From an uncultured delta proteobacterium (GTDB lineage: Bacteria > Myxococcota_A > UBA9160 > UBA4427): DNA of 64,000 nt. Location: NCBI GenBank assembly GCA_963822965.1, contig CAWGJT010000005.1, positions 320,001-384,000 on the forward strand, in the 5' to 3' direction. Below, one piece after another: positions 22,055-31,831 of this stretch. A model generated the notes under the pieces. That model did no database searches, had not been told where the DNA came from, and worked only from the letters and a program-made list of their open reading frames with translations. The first letter of the stretch is position 1. The number at the start of each line of letters is the position of its first letter. The translations under genes and the position numbers were made by a program.

Positions 22055-22849
22055 TCACCGCACCCCCTTCGGGGAAACCACCCTGCTTGCCGGCTCGGCG
22101 AACGCCACCGCCAGGGCTGCCGACCGGAAGCGGGCCTCCGCGGCGGGCGGATAGCGATGCTCGGGGCCGAGCACGCAGGCCCGCCGCGCCGCGCAGCCCA
22201 CCCGGCAGGCGGGAAGCCCGCGCGACGTCTCGAGGCAGCGGGCGAGGTCGAAGGCCCCGGCCGTCACCGCCCCGCCCGGGCAGGCCGTCTGGCAGGGCGC
22301 GGGACAGCCCTCGCATCCCCGGAACCCCGGATCCGGCTCGGTCGGCGCGAGGCGCCGCTCGGTGAGCAGCAGACCCCGGATGGCGATCCAGGGGCCGAAG
22401 ACGGGATGCACGAGGATCCCCAGGCGGCTGGTGCGGCCGAGACCCGCGCCCTCCGCCAGGGAGACGAAGTCCGCGAAGCGCCCGTCGCCCGGGCCGTCGC
22501 CCGGGCCGCGGCGTTCGAAGTAGCCCGCGGCCACGGCCTCGAAGCCCAGCCGGCGCTCCCCGTCCACGGCCCGCCCCAGGAGCCCCGTCAGGAAGTCGTC
22601 GAGAGGATGCTCGCCGTCCCCCGCGCCCGGCGCGCCCTGGAAGGCCCGGTAGAACCCGGCACCGCCCGTGGCGAGCACGACGGCGGAGGCCGCACCGGGC
22701 AGCCAGTCCCGCGTCCTCCAACCCTCGGGAACCCGGGCGTCGTAGGCGGCGACCGGGAGCACTCCCGCGACGTTCACCCCGCCGGCGGTCAGAGCCGGAT
22801 CGAGCGCGAGGGCTTCGGGATCAGTCGAGCCGGGCACCGGACACGACAC
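22055..22849 (-). CDS. QueG/CblC(MMACHC)-like protein with C-terminal Fe-S Cys motifs
   Basis: HPLDD, LVHPVFGPWIAIRGLLL, CEGCPAPCQTACP and CRVGCAARRAC. Confidence 0.7.
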   Translation of the reverse strand: MSCPVPGSTDPEALALDPALTAGGVNVAGVLPVAAYDARVPEGWRTRDWLPGAASAVVLATGGAGFYRAFQGAPGAGDGEHPLDDFLTGLLGRAVDGERRLGFEAVAAGYFERRGPGDGPGDGRFADFVSLAEGAGLGRTSRLGILVHPVFGPWIAIRGLLLTERRLAPTEPDPGFRGCEGCPAPCQTACPGGAVTAGAFDLARCLETSRGLPACRVGCAARRACVLGPEHRYPPAAEARFRSAALAVAFAEPASRVVSPKGVR

Positions 22850-23747
22850 CCGCCTCCGGGGCGGGCACCTTCTTCGCCTCGTCGACGCGAAGCTTCCCCA
22901 CGGCGAGCCGGCCGCCCGCGGCCGCGATCAGCAGGCGCCCGTCCTCGTCCAGTCCCTGCACGGTGCCCGCCGGCGCGTCCGGCCCGCCCTCGCGCAGGCG
23001 GGAATCGAACAGGCGCACCGGCTGGCCGTCGAGCATCGCGAAGGCGCCGGGACTGGGGTCGCATCCCCGGATCAGCCGGTCGAGCTCGCGGGCGGGCCGC
23101 GACCAGTCGAGGCGCGCCACGGCGTCGTCGACGAGCCCCTGGAAGCTCGCCCCGGCCTCCGGCTGGGGGGTGAAGCGGGCGGTGCCGTCGGCGATGCCGT
23201 TCACGGCCTCGACCATCGCGTCCACGCCGAGCGCGTAGAGCTTGTCGAAGTAGAGCGACGCCGCCGTGTCCGTGTCGCCGATGGCCACGCCGCCCTTCTG
23301 GACCACGAGCGGCCCCTCGTCGACCCCTTCGGTCACGTGGAAGACGCTCACCCCCGTCTCCTTCTCGCCCAGGATGATCTGCCAGGCCAGGGCGGCTCCG
23401 CCGCGATACTTCGGCAGCAGCGAGGGGTGGAAGCAGACCGAGCCGTGCCGCGGCAGGTCGGTGATCTCGGGCGGCAGGATCACCGTGGTGAAGGGCAGCA
23501 CGCCCAGCTCCGCGTCCAGCGCCCGGAACTCGTCCACGAGCTCCGGAATCGCCTCGCCCTTGCGGCGGAAGCGCTTGTGGCGGAAGAGCGGCCAGCCCCG
23601 CTCCCCGGCGAGGGCGGCCAGGGGGTCCGGCCGGCCGCCGTCGGGCGGCGCATAGACCCCCACCACCCGGTGACCCGCTGCCGCGAGACGCTCCGTGACG
23701 TCGCGTCCGAAGGCAGCCTGTCCGAAGATCGCGAGACGCAGTCCCAT
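22821..23747 (-). CDS. formyltransferase-family protein resembling the ALDH1L1 N-terminal 10-formyl-THF hydrolase domain
   Basis: IFGQAAFG, PDPLA, HGSVCFHPSLLPKYRG, GVDEG and PQPEAGASFQG, plus an Fmt C-terminal domain. Confidence 0.85.
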   Translation of the reverse strand: MGLRLAIFGQAAFGRDVTERLAAAGHRVVGVYAPPDGGRPDPLAALAGERGWPLFRHKRFRRKGEAIPELVDEFRALDAELGVLPFTTVILPPEITDLPRHGSVCFHPSLLPKYRGGAALAWQIILGEKETGVSVFHVTEGVDEGPLVVQKGGVAIGDTDTAASLYFDKLYALGVDAMVEAVNGIADGTARFTPQPEAGASFQGLVDDAVARLDWSRPARELDRLIRGCDPSPGAFAMLDGQPVRLFDSRLREGGPDAPAGTVQGLDEDGRLLIAAAGGRLAVGKLRVDEAKKVPAPEAGVVSGARLD

Positions 23748-23784
23748 GGGTCGCCCTTCCTGCCTGGAGGCCAGACCCGCCAGA

Positions 23785-24438
23785 CTACATGAAGGCCCGG
23801 CGCTCGCCGACGCGGCCCCGGGCCCGGGCAGGCACCCCGAAGGCCAGCGTGTGGGGCTCGATCCGTCCGGTCACCAGCGAGCGCGTGCCCACCACAGAGT
23901 GCTCGCCGATCTCCGCCCCGCGCGTCACGGTGACGTCGGAGGCCAGCCAGGAGAAGGCGCCGATCCGGACCCCCGCGGACTTCTCCGGCGTCTCCAGGTC
24001 GAGGGGGTGCTGGTCCGAGTCGTAGACCCGCACGCCGGGACCGATCATGGCGCCCTCCCCCACCTCGACCCACTGCTTCGCCGAGAGCTGGCAGCCGTTC
24101 AGGAAGCAGTCCCGCCCCAGGACGATCCGCGCCCCCGCATACGCGGCCAGGCGGACCTTCTCGACCTCGCAGCGCAGCCACGAGCTCGCTCCCACCTCCA
24201 CCCGCGCTCCCGTCGCCACCGAGAAGCAGACCGCGCCCGGGAAGCGTTCGGTGACGACCCCCGGGCCGATGTGGAGCTCGGCGCCGGGCGCCAGCTCGAA
24301 TCGGGCGACCGCCAGGTTGCTGCTGGCCGTGGGGTGGATCCGCAGCCCCGGGTGCGCGCGCGCCAGTCGTCGCAGGCGCATGCGGTCCCGGGCCTGGACG
24401 GCCCGGAGCAGGAGCCGGACCCCGAGGCCGGTGGGCAC
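23785..24438 (-). CDS. left-handed beta-helix (hexapeptide) acyltransferase
   Basis: Hexapeptide repeats, DSDQH, VRIGAFSWL and GVPAR. Confidence 0.85.
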   Translation of the reverse strand: MPTGLGVRLLLRAVQARDRMRLRRLARAHPGLRIHPTASSNLAVARFELAPGAELHIGPGVVTERFPGAVCFSVATGARVEVGASSWLRCEVEKVRLAAYAGARIVLGRDCFLNGCQLSAKQWVEVGEGAMIGPGVRVYDSDQHPLDLETPEKSAGVRIGAFSWLASDVTVTRGAEIGEHSVVGTRSLVTGRIEPHTLAFGVPARARGRVGERRAFM

Positions 24439-24674
24439 TAGGGCGCGTTCTGCCCTTCCCGCAGCCGGAACGTGATGAAGCCGTGGGTCGGATCGTAGGG
24501 AGACAGACCGACGGTGACCCGGTCGCCCGGGATCACGCGAATGCGGAAGCGACGCATCCGGCCGGAGAGCTGCGCGGTGACGGTCTGACCCGACTCGAGG
24601 GTGATCTGGTAGCGGCCCCCGCCGAGGATCTTGTCCACGCTGCCCGTGGCCTGGATCAGGTCGTCTCGCGCCAA
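24438..24674 (-). CDS. infA: translation initiation factor IF-1 (divergent paralog)
   Basis: SGRMRRFRIRVIPGDRVTVGLSPYD. TTG start with AGGAG upstream. Confidence 0.88.
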   Translation of the reverse strand: MARDDLIQATGSVDKILGGGRYQITLESGQTVTAQLSGRMRRFRIRVIPGDRVTVGLSPYDPTHGFITFRLREGQNAP

Positions 24675-24801
24675 ACGGGTCTCCTGAGCAAACAAGGGTG
24701 GAACGGGCAGGCAGGCTAGCAGACGGCCGCGCAGCCGCGAGCCCACCGGCCGCGCCGCGGCGTCGCGAGGCGCCCCTGGAGGCAGGCCGCCCCCCGGCCC
24801 G

Positions 24802-25233
24802 TCAGCGGACCAGGAGCACCGAGCAGTGGAGGTGGCGCGAGACGTCGTGGGCCACGCTGCCCAGCAGCAGCTCGGCCAGCCGCGAGCGACCCTTGGCGCC
24901 GAGCACCACCAGATCCACGTCCGAGTCCTTCGCCACCCTCACGATGTCCCGGCGCGGATCCCCCTCGATCCTGCGCCAGCTGCCCTCGACCCCGGCCTCC
25001 CGCACCAGCGCGTGCCATTCCTCGAGCTTCTGCTCCGCCTCGGCGCGGTGCTGCTCGCGGGTCTCGGGCGAGAGGATCTCCTCGTAGCGCACCCCGCGGT
25101 AGACGAGCAGCTCCTCGACGAAGAGCAGCTCGATCCGCGCATGCGTCCCCACCGCGATCTCGATGGCCGTATCGAGCGCCTTGCGCGAGGCCGGCGAGAA
25201 GTCCACGGGTACGAGGATGGCCGAGATCGCCAC
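24802..25233 (-). CDS. universal stress protein
   Basis: ILVPVDFS, DLVVLGAKGRS, LLGSVA and CSVLLVR. GGAGGG RBS. Confidence 0.92.
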   Translation of the reverse strand: MAISAILVPVDFSPASRKALDTAIEIAVGTHARIELLFVEELLVYRGVRYEEILSPETREQHRAEAEQKLEEWHALVREAGVEGSWRRIEGDPRRDIVRVAKDSDVDLVVLGAKGRSRLAELLLGSVAHDVSRHLHCSVLLVR

Positions 25234-25423
25234 GAAGCATTCCCTCCAGGCTCACGGGTGCGGATGAGGTCCACCCCGGGCGGGGCGGGAGAATACGGGC
25301 GCCGGCGGGGTCGCGCGACCCGGAACCCCCGACCCCGCGAGGGACCCGGCGCCCTCGCGCCGCGACGGCTCGCGAGAGAGCGGGGGAGACCCGGCCGTGG
25401 CCATGCTAATTTCCGGCCTCCGC

Positions 25424-25515
<92 letters not shown>

Positions 25516-25592
25516 CGAAGTCTCTGCGCCACGGCAGCGCATCCGGGTGCCTGCCGCCGGCGAATCTCCTTCGAGCTCAGCCCGCTGGCACG

Positions 25593-26402
25593 ATGAAGGT
25601 GAGCCATGATGGGGTCCGTGAAGTGGAAGTGAGCCCGACTCCGGACCTCAGCCAGGAGCAACGGGTCCAGGAGACCCAGTACTCGTTCCCGTACCACTAC
25701 CTTCCCGAGCGCCAGGGCCGCCGCTTCTCCCAGCACCGCAACCTGCCCTGGGGCTACGAGTATCTCACCTACGTCGACTTCGTGCTCGACCGGGTCGCGC
25801 AGATCGGCTTCGAGAGCTTGCTCGACGTCGGCTGCGGGGACGGCCGCTTCCTCCGAGAGGCCAGCCGACGCTTTCCCGACAAGCGCCTCGCCGGCATCGA
25901 CTACTCGCCTCGAGCCATCGAGATGGCGGGCTCCATCAACCCCGGCATCGAGTTCGTCGCGGGCGACGTCACCGACCCCGGCGTGCTCGACGGCACGTTC
26001 GACGTGGTCACGCTGATCGAGGTCCTCGAGCACATCCCCCCCGATCAGGCGAGCCACTTCCTGGCAGGCGTGGCACGGCGCTTGTCTCGCGGCGGGCGCC
26101 TCATCGTCACCGTTCCCAGCAACAACCGACCGGTCCGCCCGAAGCACTACCGACATTTCGATCTCGAATCCCTGCGCGAGGCCCTGTCGCCGCACTTCGC
26201 GATCCAGGAGCACTTCTTCCTGAACCGCCACGACTGGCTCACGAGCCTCATCAAGGGCTGCATGACCAATCGCCTCTTCGTGTTGAACGAGCCGCGACTG
26301 GCCTATCTGCTCTTCCGCTTGTACGAGCGGCGCCAGGTCGTCGCGAGCGAGCGCAGCTGCAAGCGTCTGGCGGTGGCCTGCAGCCGGTCGAGCACGGGCT
26401 GA
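25593..26402 (+). CDS. class I SAM-dependent methyltransferase
   Basis: LLDVGCGDG, GIDYS, FDVVTLIEVLEHI and GGRLIVTVP. Start uncertain. Confidence 0.88.
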   Translation: MKVSHDGVREVEVSPTPDLSQEQRVQETQYSFPYHYLPERQGRRFSQHRNLPWGYEYLTYVDFVLDRVAQIGFESLLDVGCGDGRFLREASRRFPDKRLAGIDYSPRAIEMAGSINPGIEFVAGDVTDPGVLDGTFDVVTLIEVLEHIPPDQASHFLAGVARRLSRGGRLIVTVPSNNRPVRPKHYRHFDLESLREALSPHFAIQEHFFLNRHDWLTSLIKGCMTNRLFVLNEPRLAYLLFRLYERRQVVASERSCKRLAVACSRSSTG

Positions 26403-26408
26403 GCCCCG

Positions 26409-27370
26409 GTGCCCGGTCCCACCGAAGCGCCGAGCGGGGTCGGCGGGCCGAAGCCGCCCGGCCACGTCGGCTTCGCGCTGGGAACGGGGCGCAACGGCAC
26501 CCACTTCGTCGCCCGGCTCTTCGCCGCGGAGCCCGCGGTCGCATCGTGGCACGAACGTCACCCCCTGTCCGACACGTTCCAACGCTACTGCCAGTGGAAC
26601 GAGCTGGCGGTCGACGACGCGGGCTTCCTGGCGGTCAAGGAGGCCGGGGTGCGAGACGATCTGCAGGCGCACGAGCTGTCCTTCGAGGCGAGCGCCTACC
26701 TCTCGATGAGCGTCGCGCAGCTCCAACAGCGATTCGGTGCACGCTTCGCCCTGCTCGTCCGCCGGCCCGACAGGATGGTGAGCTCGCTCCTCGCGAAGGG
26801 CTGATACCGCTCGATTCCCGTGCGGGATGAGCGCCAGCTGGCACCGGGCTATCAGCCCGACGCCGAGAAGCCGCACCATCCCTTCTCGCGCCTCGCACCC
26901 CGGGGCGACGAGGCCGAACGCTGGAACGCCTACACACCCGTCGGCCGCGCGGCCTGGTTCTGGCGCGTCGTCAACGAGCACGTGCTCCGGAGCTTCGACG
27001 CCCTCCCGGAGGACGCGCACCGGGTGGGGTGCGGCTGGAGGACTTCGACTTCGCCACGCACTGCGAGCTCGCGCGCTTCTTCGGAGTCGAGCCGAGGCTG
27101 CAGCCGCAGCGCTATCACGCGCTCGCCGAGAACCGCCCGGAGAGCCTCTCGCCGCGCCGCAGCACGCGCGACTGGTCCGAGCAGGAGGTCCGCGAGTTCG
27201 AGTCCGAGGTCGCCCGGCTGACCGAGCGCCTCGGCTACGAGTGGCGCGTCGCCACCCTGCGCGAGAGCCTGCCCGCCGGGCCACCCGCCCGCAGGCCGGC
27301 CACCGGAGGCGCCGCCGCCCGCTTGCGGGGCCTGGCGCGTCGCGTGGCGAAGCGGCTCCGAAGAGGCTGA
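26409..27370 (+). pseudogene. sulfotransferase-like gene with in-frame TGA (26802-26804) and a frameshift near 27025
   Basis: GTGRNGT PAPS-loop-like motif and LVRRP. Reading continues in frame after KG*Y, then switches frame to RLEDFDF...LGY. Confidence 0.65.
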
Positions 27371-27392
27371 GCGAGGGCGCCGGCCATGGCCG

Positions 27393-28433
27393 TCAGCGCT
27401 TGTAGCGATTCGGAAGCAGACGTTGGAGGGCCGTCCGGGCCAGGAACCGGGCGAGGCGCAGGGGGCCCTGGACCGCGGGCACCCGCCCCTGCCAGCGCTC
27501 GAAGTCCTCGGCGACGGGACCTGCCAGGAGCTCCTCCCAGCAGCGCGCGACCGGTGCCAGCCCGTACGCCGCACCCCGCTCGCGCGCGTTCTCGACCATC
27601 TGCCGGTACCGCTCCGGCGATCGCAGACGCCGCAGGGCCTCGATGGCCTCGTCCGGCGTCGAGACGATCTCGTAGTCGAGCTCCGAACGGCGCAGGGCGC
27701 GGAACGCCGGCTCGTCTCCGAGCAGCGCCGGGCAGCCGGCGAGCCAGCTGTTGATCAGCTTGCTCGCCGGCTTCGTCGCGAGCCAGCGCGGATTGCCGTG
27801 GCGAATGGCGAGGACCGCGTCGAGGTCGTGGTAGTCGTGCCACTGGCCCCGTTCGGTCCGGATCACGAGCTCCATCCCCATCTCGGCCAGCCGCTGGCGG
27901 AACCGCTCGTCGCGAAACGACTCCGCGAGGTTGCGCTCGCGGCCCAGGAAGCCGACGCGCTCGAGGCGGGCTCCGCGGGCGGGATCGCGCGCCAGCAGCC
28001 CCGGCTGCGGCCAGTAGGGGAGGTAGTGGTCGCGGGGCGACTTCACGAGGATCGGGCTCTGCACGATCTGGCGCTCGCAGACGTAGACGGGCCCGCGGTC
28101 CGCCCGCACGGCGACGATGTAGCTCTGGTAGGGCATCGCGCGCCTCTGGATGTAGTCGAAGTGCGCCACACAGATGGCGCCCGGCACCATCTTTTCCGAG
28201 AGCTCGACGGGCTGTCCCCGGGCCTTGAGGACGAGATACGTGACGAGCGTCCAGGCGTCGGCACCCCGGACGAAGCGGTGGTGGACCTCGCCGGGCAGCG
28301 GGGGGTCCCCGTCCATCACGTCCCGCCATGCCGTAAGGTTCGGCTGGATGAAGACCACCCGGTGGGGGATCGGCCGGGGCACCTCGCCGGGGTCCAGGAC
28401 CTCCTCCGTGTAGACGCGGATGGACTGGGGCAT
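27393..28433 (-). CDS. glycosyltransferase-like protein (GT-B-like C-terminus)
   Basis: WHDYHDLDAVLAIR, KPASKLINSWLAGCPALLG and YRQMVENARER. Confidence 0.7.
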   Translation of the reverse strand: MPQSIRVYTEEVLDPGEVPRPIPHRVVFIQPNLTAWRDVMDGDPPLPGEVHHRFVRGADAWTLVTYLVLKARGQPVELSEKMVPGAICVAHFDYIQRRAMPYQSYIVAVRADRGPVYVCERQIVQSPILVKSPRDHYLPYWPQPGLLARDPARGARLERVGFLGRERNLAESFRDERFRQRLAEMGMELVIRTERGQWHDYHDLDAVLAIRHGNPRWLATKPASKLINSWLAGCPALLGDEPAFRALRRSELDYEIVSTPDEAIEALRRLRSPERYRQMVENARERGAAYGLAPVARCWEELLAGPVAEDFERWQGRVPAVQGPLRLARFLARTALQRLLPNRYKR

Positions 28434-28559
28434 GCGGGCGTGGTACCTCGTGGGCTCCGGCAGGGGGCGATCCGCAACCTTGGACGAGGGCGTGGGCTCT
28501 GGCAACCCGCTCGGCCGGGAGCACCGGCCACCCCGATCCGTTAGATTCGATCTCGCCTG

Positions 28560-28685
28560 CGCCGAGTCGTGATCGCAGGGTCCCGCTCGAACTCGAGGTT
28601 TCGTGAACCCCGTCAGGTCCGGAAGGAAGCAGCGGCAGCGGGAGCTCGGTTGCGAGGGGGGGTGCCCTGCGGTCTCGACTCGGCG
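28560..28685 (+). ncRNA. ffs: signal recognition particle RNA (4.5S)
   Basis: Conserved domain IV GTCAGGTCCGGAAGGAAGCAGC inside a long hairpin closed by CGCCGAGTCG/CGACTCGGCG; lies directly upstream of dnaX. Confidence 0.95.
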
Positions 28686-28746
28686 TAGACGACCCCTGCA
28701 CGAGCCCGCCGAGCCGCTCGGCAGGGACTGGAGCGGGGATCCCCCG

Positions 28747-30677
28747 GTGAGCTACCAGGTCATCGCGAGAAAGTGGCGTCCGCAGACCTTCGACGAGGTC
28801 AGCGGCCAGGCGCACGTCACGACGCCCCTGCGCAACGCGATCAAGACCGGTCGCGTCCCCCACGCCATCCTGCTCACGGGCCCCCGCGGCGTGGGCAAGA
28901 CGACCCTCGCTCGCATCCTGGCGCGCTGTCTCAACTGCGAGAACGGGCCGACGGACACCCCCTGCGGCACCTGCGACGCCTGCGTGGAGATCTCCGAGGG
29001 ACGCTCGACGGACGTCCAGGAGGTGGACGCCGCGAGCCGCACCAGCGTCGACGACGTGCGCGGGCTGATCGAGGCGATCCGCTACGCGCCCACGCCGGGC
29101 AAGCACCGCATCTTCGTCGTCGACGAGGTGCACATGCTCTCGGCGGCGGCCTTCAACGCCCTGCTCAAGACCCTCGAGGAGCCCCCGCCCTCGAGCCTCT
29201 TCGTATTCGCCACCACGAACCCCGAGAAGATCCCCTTCACGGTGCTGTCGCGCTGCCAGCGCTACGACCTGCGGCGCATCTCGACCAAGGAGATCGGCGC
29301 CCGGCTGAAGGACATCGCCGAGGCGGAGCAGGTGTCGATCTCCGACTCGAGCCTGCTGGCCGTCGCGCGCGAGGGCGACGGCTCCATGCGCGACGCGCAG
29401 ACCCTCTTCGACCAGGTGATCGCGTACGGGGGAACCGACGTTCGCGACGAGGTGGTCGCCGAGGTGCTCGACCTCATCGACCGCCGGCTGCTGCTCGAGA
29501 TCCTGGAGGCCTGCGTCGAGCAGGATCCGGCCGCGGCGCTCGTCGCCTGCGCCCGGGCGGCCGGCGGCGGGAGCGATCCCAAGCGTCTCTCCGAGCTGCT
29601 CGTGGGTCTGCTGCGCGATCTCACCGTGCTGCGCGTGGCACCCGACGCTTCGGGGCTGGTGGAGGGAAGCGACGAGGAGATCGCGGAGCTGCGCGCGCTG
29701 GCCGCGCGCAGCGAGCCGGCGCGCCTGCGCCGGATGTTCCGCGCCCTGGTTCGCGAGCAGGAAGACCTGGCCTGGGCTCCCGACCCGATGGCGGTGCTGG
29801 AGATGGCGATCGTCCGCGTAGCCACCCTGGCGAGCGGGGACGACGTGTCGCGACTGCTCGGCCGCATCGAGGCGCTCGAGCGCAGCCTCGCCGGCGGCGC
29901 CCCCGGTCGCGGCGGACCGGGAGGCGGCGGATCGCGCGGACGGGCTCCGGGGGCGCCCCCGGACGCTCGTCGACCGCAGCCGCCGACACCACGCGACCCG
30001 CCGATCCGAAGCTCGCCGGCCCGGCACCCGCCGTGCCCGCTGCCACCGACGCATCCGCCTCTTCTCTTGCGTCCGGGTCCGCCTCTTCTCTTGCGTCCGG
30101 GTCCGCCTCTTCTCTTGCGTCCGAGTCGACGATCTCGTCGGAGCCCGAGTCGACGATCTCGTCGGAGCCCGAGTCGACGGTCTCGTCGGAGCCCGAAGAC
30201 GACGGGCCCGAAGCAGCCGCCGCGCCCCCGCCGCCTCCCGCCCCGGACGACGCGCCGGGAATCGGCGCGCCGCTCGACGTGGTCTTCGACCGCCTGCGCG
30301 CACGCATTCGCGAGCAGAGCCCGGGCATGTTCGCGGCGCTGCAGGGCCTGCGACTGGTGACGCGCGAGAGCGGCCGCCTCGTCTTCGAGACTCCGAACGC
30401 GTTCAGCCGCCAGCGCCTGGAGAGTCGCCGCAACGACCTCGAGCGGCTCTGCGGGAGCTTCTTCGGCGGGGCCATGCGGATCGAGATCCGCGAGAACGAG
30501 GGCACGCGGGTGCAGAGCCCGCGCCCGCGCCACGAGGACACCCGACGCCTGCGCCAGGAGGCGCTGAACCACCCGCTGGTCAACAGCGCCCTCGAGGTGC
30601 TCGAGGCGGACATCGTCGAGATTCGTCCCCTGGGCACTCCCCCCGCGTCGCCGGCACCCGCCGGCGCCTCCCAGTGA
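28747..30677 (+). CDS. dnaX: DNA polymerase III subunit gamma/tau (frameshift in linker near 29940-29960)
   Basis: SYQVIARKWRPQTF, GPRGVGKTT, DEVHMLS and SRCQ. The tau C-terminal domain (HPLVNSALEVLEADIVEI) lies in another frame. Confidence 0.93.
30054..30195 (+). repeat. two consecutive 24-bp coding tandem repeats (3 copies each) in the dnaX linker
   Basis: TCCGCCTCTTCTCTTGCGTCCGGG x3 (SASSLASG) followed by CCGAGTCGACGATCTCGTCGGAGC x3 (ESTISSEP). Confidence 0.9.
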
Positions 30678-30688
30678 GCGAGGAAGCC

Positions 30689-31024
30689 ATGCCTCCCCCC
30701 GAGCTCGGCGATCTCCTCAAGAAGGCCCAGCAGATGCAGGGCCGGCTCGCCGAGCTGCAGCGCGAGCTCGCGACACGACGCTACGAGGGCTCTGCCGGCG
30801 GCGGCATGGTGACGGCCGTGGCATCGGGCGAGCTGCGCATCCTCGAGGTGCGGATCGAGCCCGGGCTCGTCTCGGGGGGCGACCGCGAGATGATCCAGGA
30901 CCTCTGCGCGGCCGCGGTCAACGCGGCCCTCACCAACGCCCAACGAGGCGCCCAGGAGGAGATGAGCCGTCTCACCGGCGCGCTGGGCATCCCGGGCCCC
31001 GGTGGGCTCGGCTTCGGAGGCTGA
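30689..31024 (+). CDS. ybaB: YbaB/EbfC nucleoid-associated protein
   Basis: AQQMQ, GSAGGGMVT and DREMIQDLCAAAVN; sits between dnaX and recR. Confidence 0.93.
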   Translation: MPPPELGDLLKKAQQMQGRLAELQRELATRRYEGSAGGGMVTAVASGELRILEVRIEPGLVSGGDREMIQDLCAAAVNAALTNAQRGAQEEMSRLTGALGIPGPGGLGFGG

Positions 31025-31027
31025 AGC

Positions 31028-31630
31028 GTGCCGGGCTCCCCCGCGATCGAGCGCCTCGTGGCGTGCCTCAAGCGGCTGCCCGGCATCGGCGACAAGTCGG
31101 CTGCGCGTCTGGCCTTCTTCCTGCTGGGTGCGCCGGACTCGCTGGTGGCCGACCTGGCGGACGCCCTGGCGAGGCTCAAGCGCGAGACGGTCATGTGCGC
31201 CGAATGCTTCAACCTCGGCGATCGCAGCCCGTGCCCGATCTGTGCCGACGACCGACGCGACGAGTCGCTCGTGTGTGTCGTCGAGGAGCCGGGAGACCTG
31301 GCGGCGATCGAGAAGAGCGGAACCTTCCGCGGTCGCTACCACGTGCTCGGCGGAACCCTCTCCCCTCTCGACGGCATGGGGCCTTCGGAGCTTCGCATCG
31401 GCGAGCTCGAGCAGCGGGTGCGCACGGGCCGGGTGCGCGAGGTCATCCTGGCCACGAACCCCAACGCCGAAGGCGACGCGACGGCCCACTTCATCGGCGA
31501 TCGACTGCGGCCGACGGGCGTGCTCGTCTCCCGCATCGCCTACGGCATGCCCCTGGGCGGCGACCTCGAGTACGCGGACCACGTGACCGTCGGGCGTTCC
31601 CTCGAAAACCGGCGGAAGTACAGCGATTAA
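31028..31630 (+). CDS. recR: recombination mediator RecR
   Basis: LPGIGDKSAARLA, C4 zinc finger, YHVLGG, EVILATNPNAEGDATA and GGDLEYAD. Confidence 0.96.
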   Translation: MPGSPAIERLVACLKRLPGIGDKSAARLAFFLLGAPDSLVADLADALARLKRETVMCAECFNLGDRSPCPICADDRRDESLVCVVEEPGDLAAIEKSGTFRGRYHVLGGTLSPLDGMGPSELRIGELEQRVRTGRVREVILATNPNAEGDATAHFIGDRLRPTGVLVSRIAYGMPLGGDLEYADHVTVGRSLENRRKYSD

Positions 31631-31831
31631 CAGCCTGGCGGGGCGGGCGCGCCCGCCCCGACGAAGCCCTTCGAGACGCCGTCTCGGTGGAATCCGGGCG
31701 CTCTCCTGCTAAAGGCCGGGGGCGGCCCAACCGATCCACATGCCGGTCCGCGAGTTGCCCCGCGACTCCCGCGCCGGTACTTTGCGAAGGGATTGCCTTT
31801 CCAATTCGAGCGGTTACCGAGGCAGGTGCCG

